Positions 62,763 to 64,000 of a DNA stretch of 64,000 bases are shown piece after piece; within the stretch, counting starts at the first letter, position 1; every line of letters starts with the position of its first letter. Location: NCBI GenBank assembly GCA_946535435.1, contig CAMNDM010000010.1, positions 23,559 through 87,558 on the forward strand, in the 5' to 3' direction. Under the pieces are notes generated by a model. The model had not been told where the DNA came from. It searched no databases and saw nothing but the letters and a program-made list of their open reading frames with translations. Both the position numbers and the translations under genes were made by a program. The stretch comes from an uncultured Bacteroidales bacterium (GTDB lineage: Bacteria > Bacteroidota > Bacteroidia > Bacteroidales > Paludibacteraceae).

Positions 62763-64000
62763 TTAGATTCCTGTGTAGTTGCTTGGCGTGATGGCCATCA
62801 ACTCTTTCTTTACACTGTCGCTAACTTCAAGTGTTTGGATAAAGTCGTGGATCGACTTTTCTGTGATTTCGCTGTTCGTACGTGTCAGGTTCTTCAGCGT
62901 TTCGTATGGGTTAGGATAGCCCTCGCGGCGGAGTATGGTCTGTATGCCTTCGGCTACAACGGCCCATGTGTTGTCGAGGTCGTATTGCAGACTCTCTTCG
63001 TGCAACAGCAGCTTGCCTAAACCTTTCAACGTGCTCTTTATGGCTATGATGGCGTGTGCCATAGGAACACCCACGTTGCGGAGCACGGTGCTGTCGGTGA
63101 GGTCGCGCTGGAGGCGTGAAACCGGAAGTTTGGCAGAAAGGAATTGGAAAATAGCGTTGCTCATGCCCAGGTTGCCTTCCGCGTTTTCGTAGTCGATTGG
63201 GTTGACTTTGTGAGGCATTGCGCTAGAACCCACTTCGCCAGCCTTGATCTTCTGTTTGAAGTAGCCTAACGATATGTACATCCAAAAGTCGCGGTTCATG
63301 TCTATCATGATGGTGTTGATGCGCTTCAGACAGTCGAAAATGGCGCCCAGATTGTCGTAGTTCGATATTTGGGTGGTCCATTGCTCGCGTTGCAAGCCGA
63401 GCACGTCATCAACGAAATGGTTGCCAAATGTTTTCCAGTCGATAGAAGGGTAGGCTACGTGGTGTGCGTTGAAGTTTCCGGTTGCACCACCGAACTTTGC
63501 GCTAACAGGCAGCTGCTTCAACTGGTTGAGTTGCACACCCAAACGGCTGACATATACCATAATTTCCTTTCCCAGACGGGTTGGAGAGGCGGGTTGGCCG
63601 TGGGTACGGGCCAGCATAGATACGTCTTTCCACTCGTCGGCCTTTTCTTGCAGGGTGTCAATCAACTGCTGGAGAACTGGAATGTACTCGTTGTTGATGG
63701 CGTCTTTCAGACTGAGCGGAATAGAAGTGTTGTTGATGTCTTGTGATGTAAGACCGAAATGGATGAACTCTTTCGCAGAAGTGAGTTTCAACGCATCGAA
63801 CTTCTCTTTTAAAAAATACTCAACGGCTTTAACGTCGTGGTTTGTTGTTTGCTCAATCTCTTTGATGCGTTGTGCGTCTGCAACACTGAACTCCTTGTAG
63901 ATGTTCCTTAGTGTAGGGAAAACGCTGTGGTCTACACTTTTCAACTGCTCTAACGGCAATTCGCAAAGGGTGATGAAATACTCAATCTCCACACGGACAC
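62763..64000 (-). CDS. purB: adenylosuccinate lyase (N-terminus beyond the window end)
   Basis: Motifs ARTHGQPASPTRLGKE, GGATGNFNAH and SSAMPHKVNPIDYENAEGN. The reading frame stays open to the window edge. Confidence 0.9.
   Translation of the reverse strand, partial: VRVEIEYFITLCELPLEQLKSVDHSVFPTLRNIYKEFSVADAQRIKEIEQTTNHDVKAVEYFLKEKFDALKLTSAKEFIHFGLTSQDINNTSIPLSLKDAINNEYIPVLQQLIDTLQEKADEWKDVSMLARTHGQPASPTRLGKEIMVYVSRLGVQLNQLKQLPVSAKFGGATGNFNAHHVAYPSIDWKTFGNHFVDDVLGLQREQWTTQISNYDNLGAIFDCLKRINTIMIDMNRDFWMYISLGYFKQKIKAGEVGSSAMPHKVNPIDYENAEGNLGMSNAIFQFLSAKLPVSRLQRDLTDSTVLRNVGVPMAHAIIAIKSTLKGLGKLLLHEESLQYDLDNTWAVVAEGIQTILRREGYPNPYETLKNLTRTNSEITEKSIHDFIQTLEVSDSVKKELMAITPSNYTGI

Overview
This 64-kb window looks like a chromosomal segment of a Bacteroidota genome, probably Prevotellaceae-like. 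The evidence is TAnnTTTG -7 promoter boxes upstream of many genes, a T9SS-type C-terminal sorting domain, a PorD-like DUF4835 gene, and an 11-subunit nuoA-B-CD-H-I-J-K-L-M-N operon. Most of the window is ordinary core content. It holds the edge of an ammonia-lyase/FabG cluster, rpsT with two identical tRNA-Glu(UUC) genes, mdh, panCD, topA, a Na/Pi cotransporter and a DUF4254/GT9 pair. It also holds the bamD-rpoZ-coaBC-DUF4835-recN block, ampG, a 1423-aa activase/dehydratase-like fusion, an MBOAT envelope-acylation operon, the nuo operon, a CD225/DUF2752 cluster, an MsbA-like ABC exporter and a truncated purB. The only clearly accessory patch lies at about 17.9-25.9 kb. There, a two-gene module is present twice: a small protein with a T9SS-type C-terminal domain, followed by a ~654-aa lectin-like protein. 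A decayed GNAT copy shows the ancestral repeat unit was small gene, large gene, GNAT. Between the two copies sits a ~1.7-kb AT-rich island with its own promoter box and only orphan DNA-enzyme-like genes. These are a divergent AAG/Mpg-like putative DNA glycosylase, a GIY-YIG-like gene split by one in-frame TGA and preceded by a 36-bp direct repeat carrying a promoter box, and a CoiA-like N-terminal relic. I rate that island as the best candidate for an undescribed glycosylase-plus-nuclease DNA-targeting module, but every functional call there rests on motif reading by eye. I saw no rRNA, true CRISPR array, integrase or transposase. Several ORF-track starts are TTG codons lying inside -7 boxes, and I trimmed them to the next ATG.
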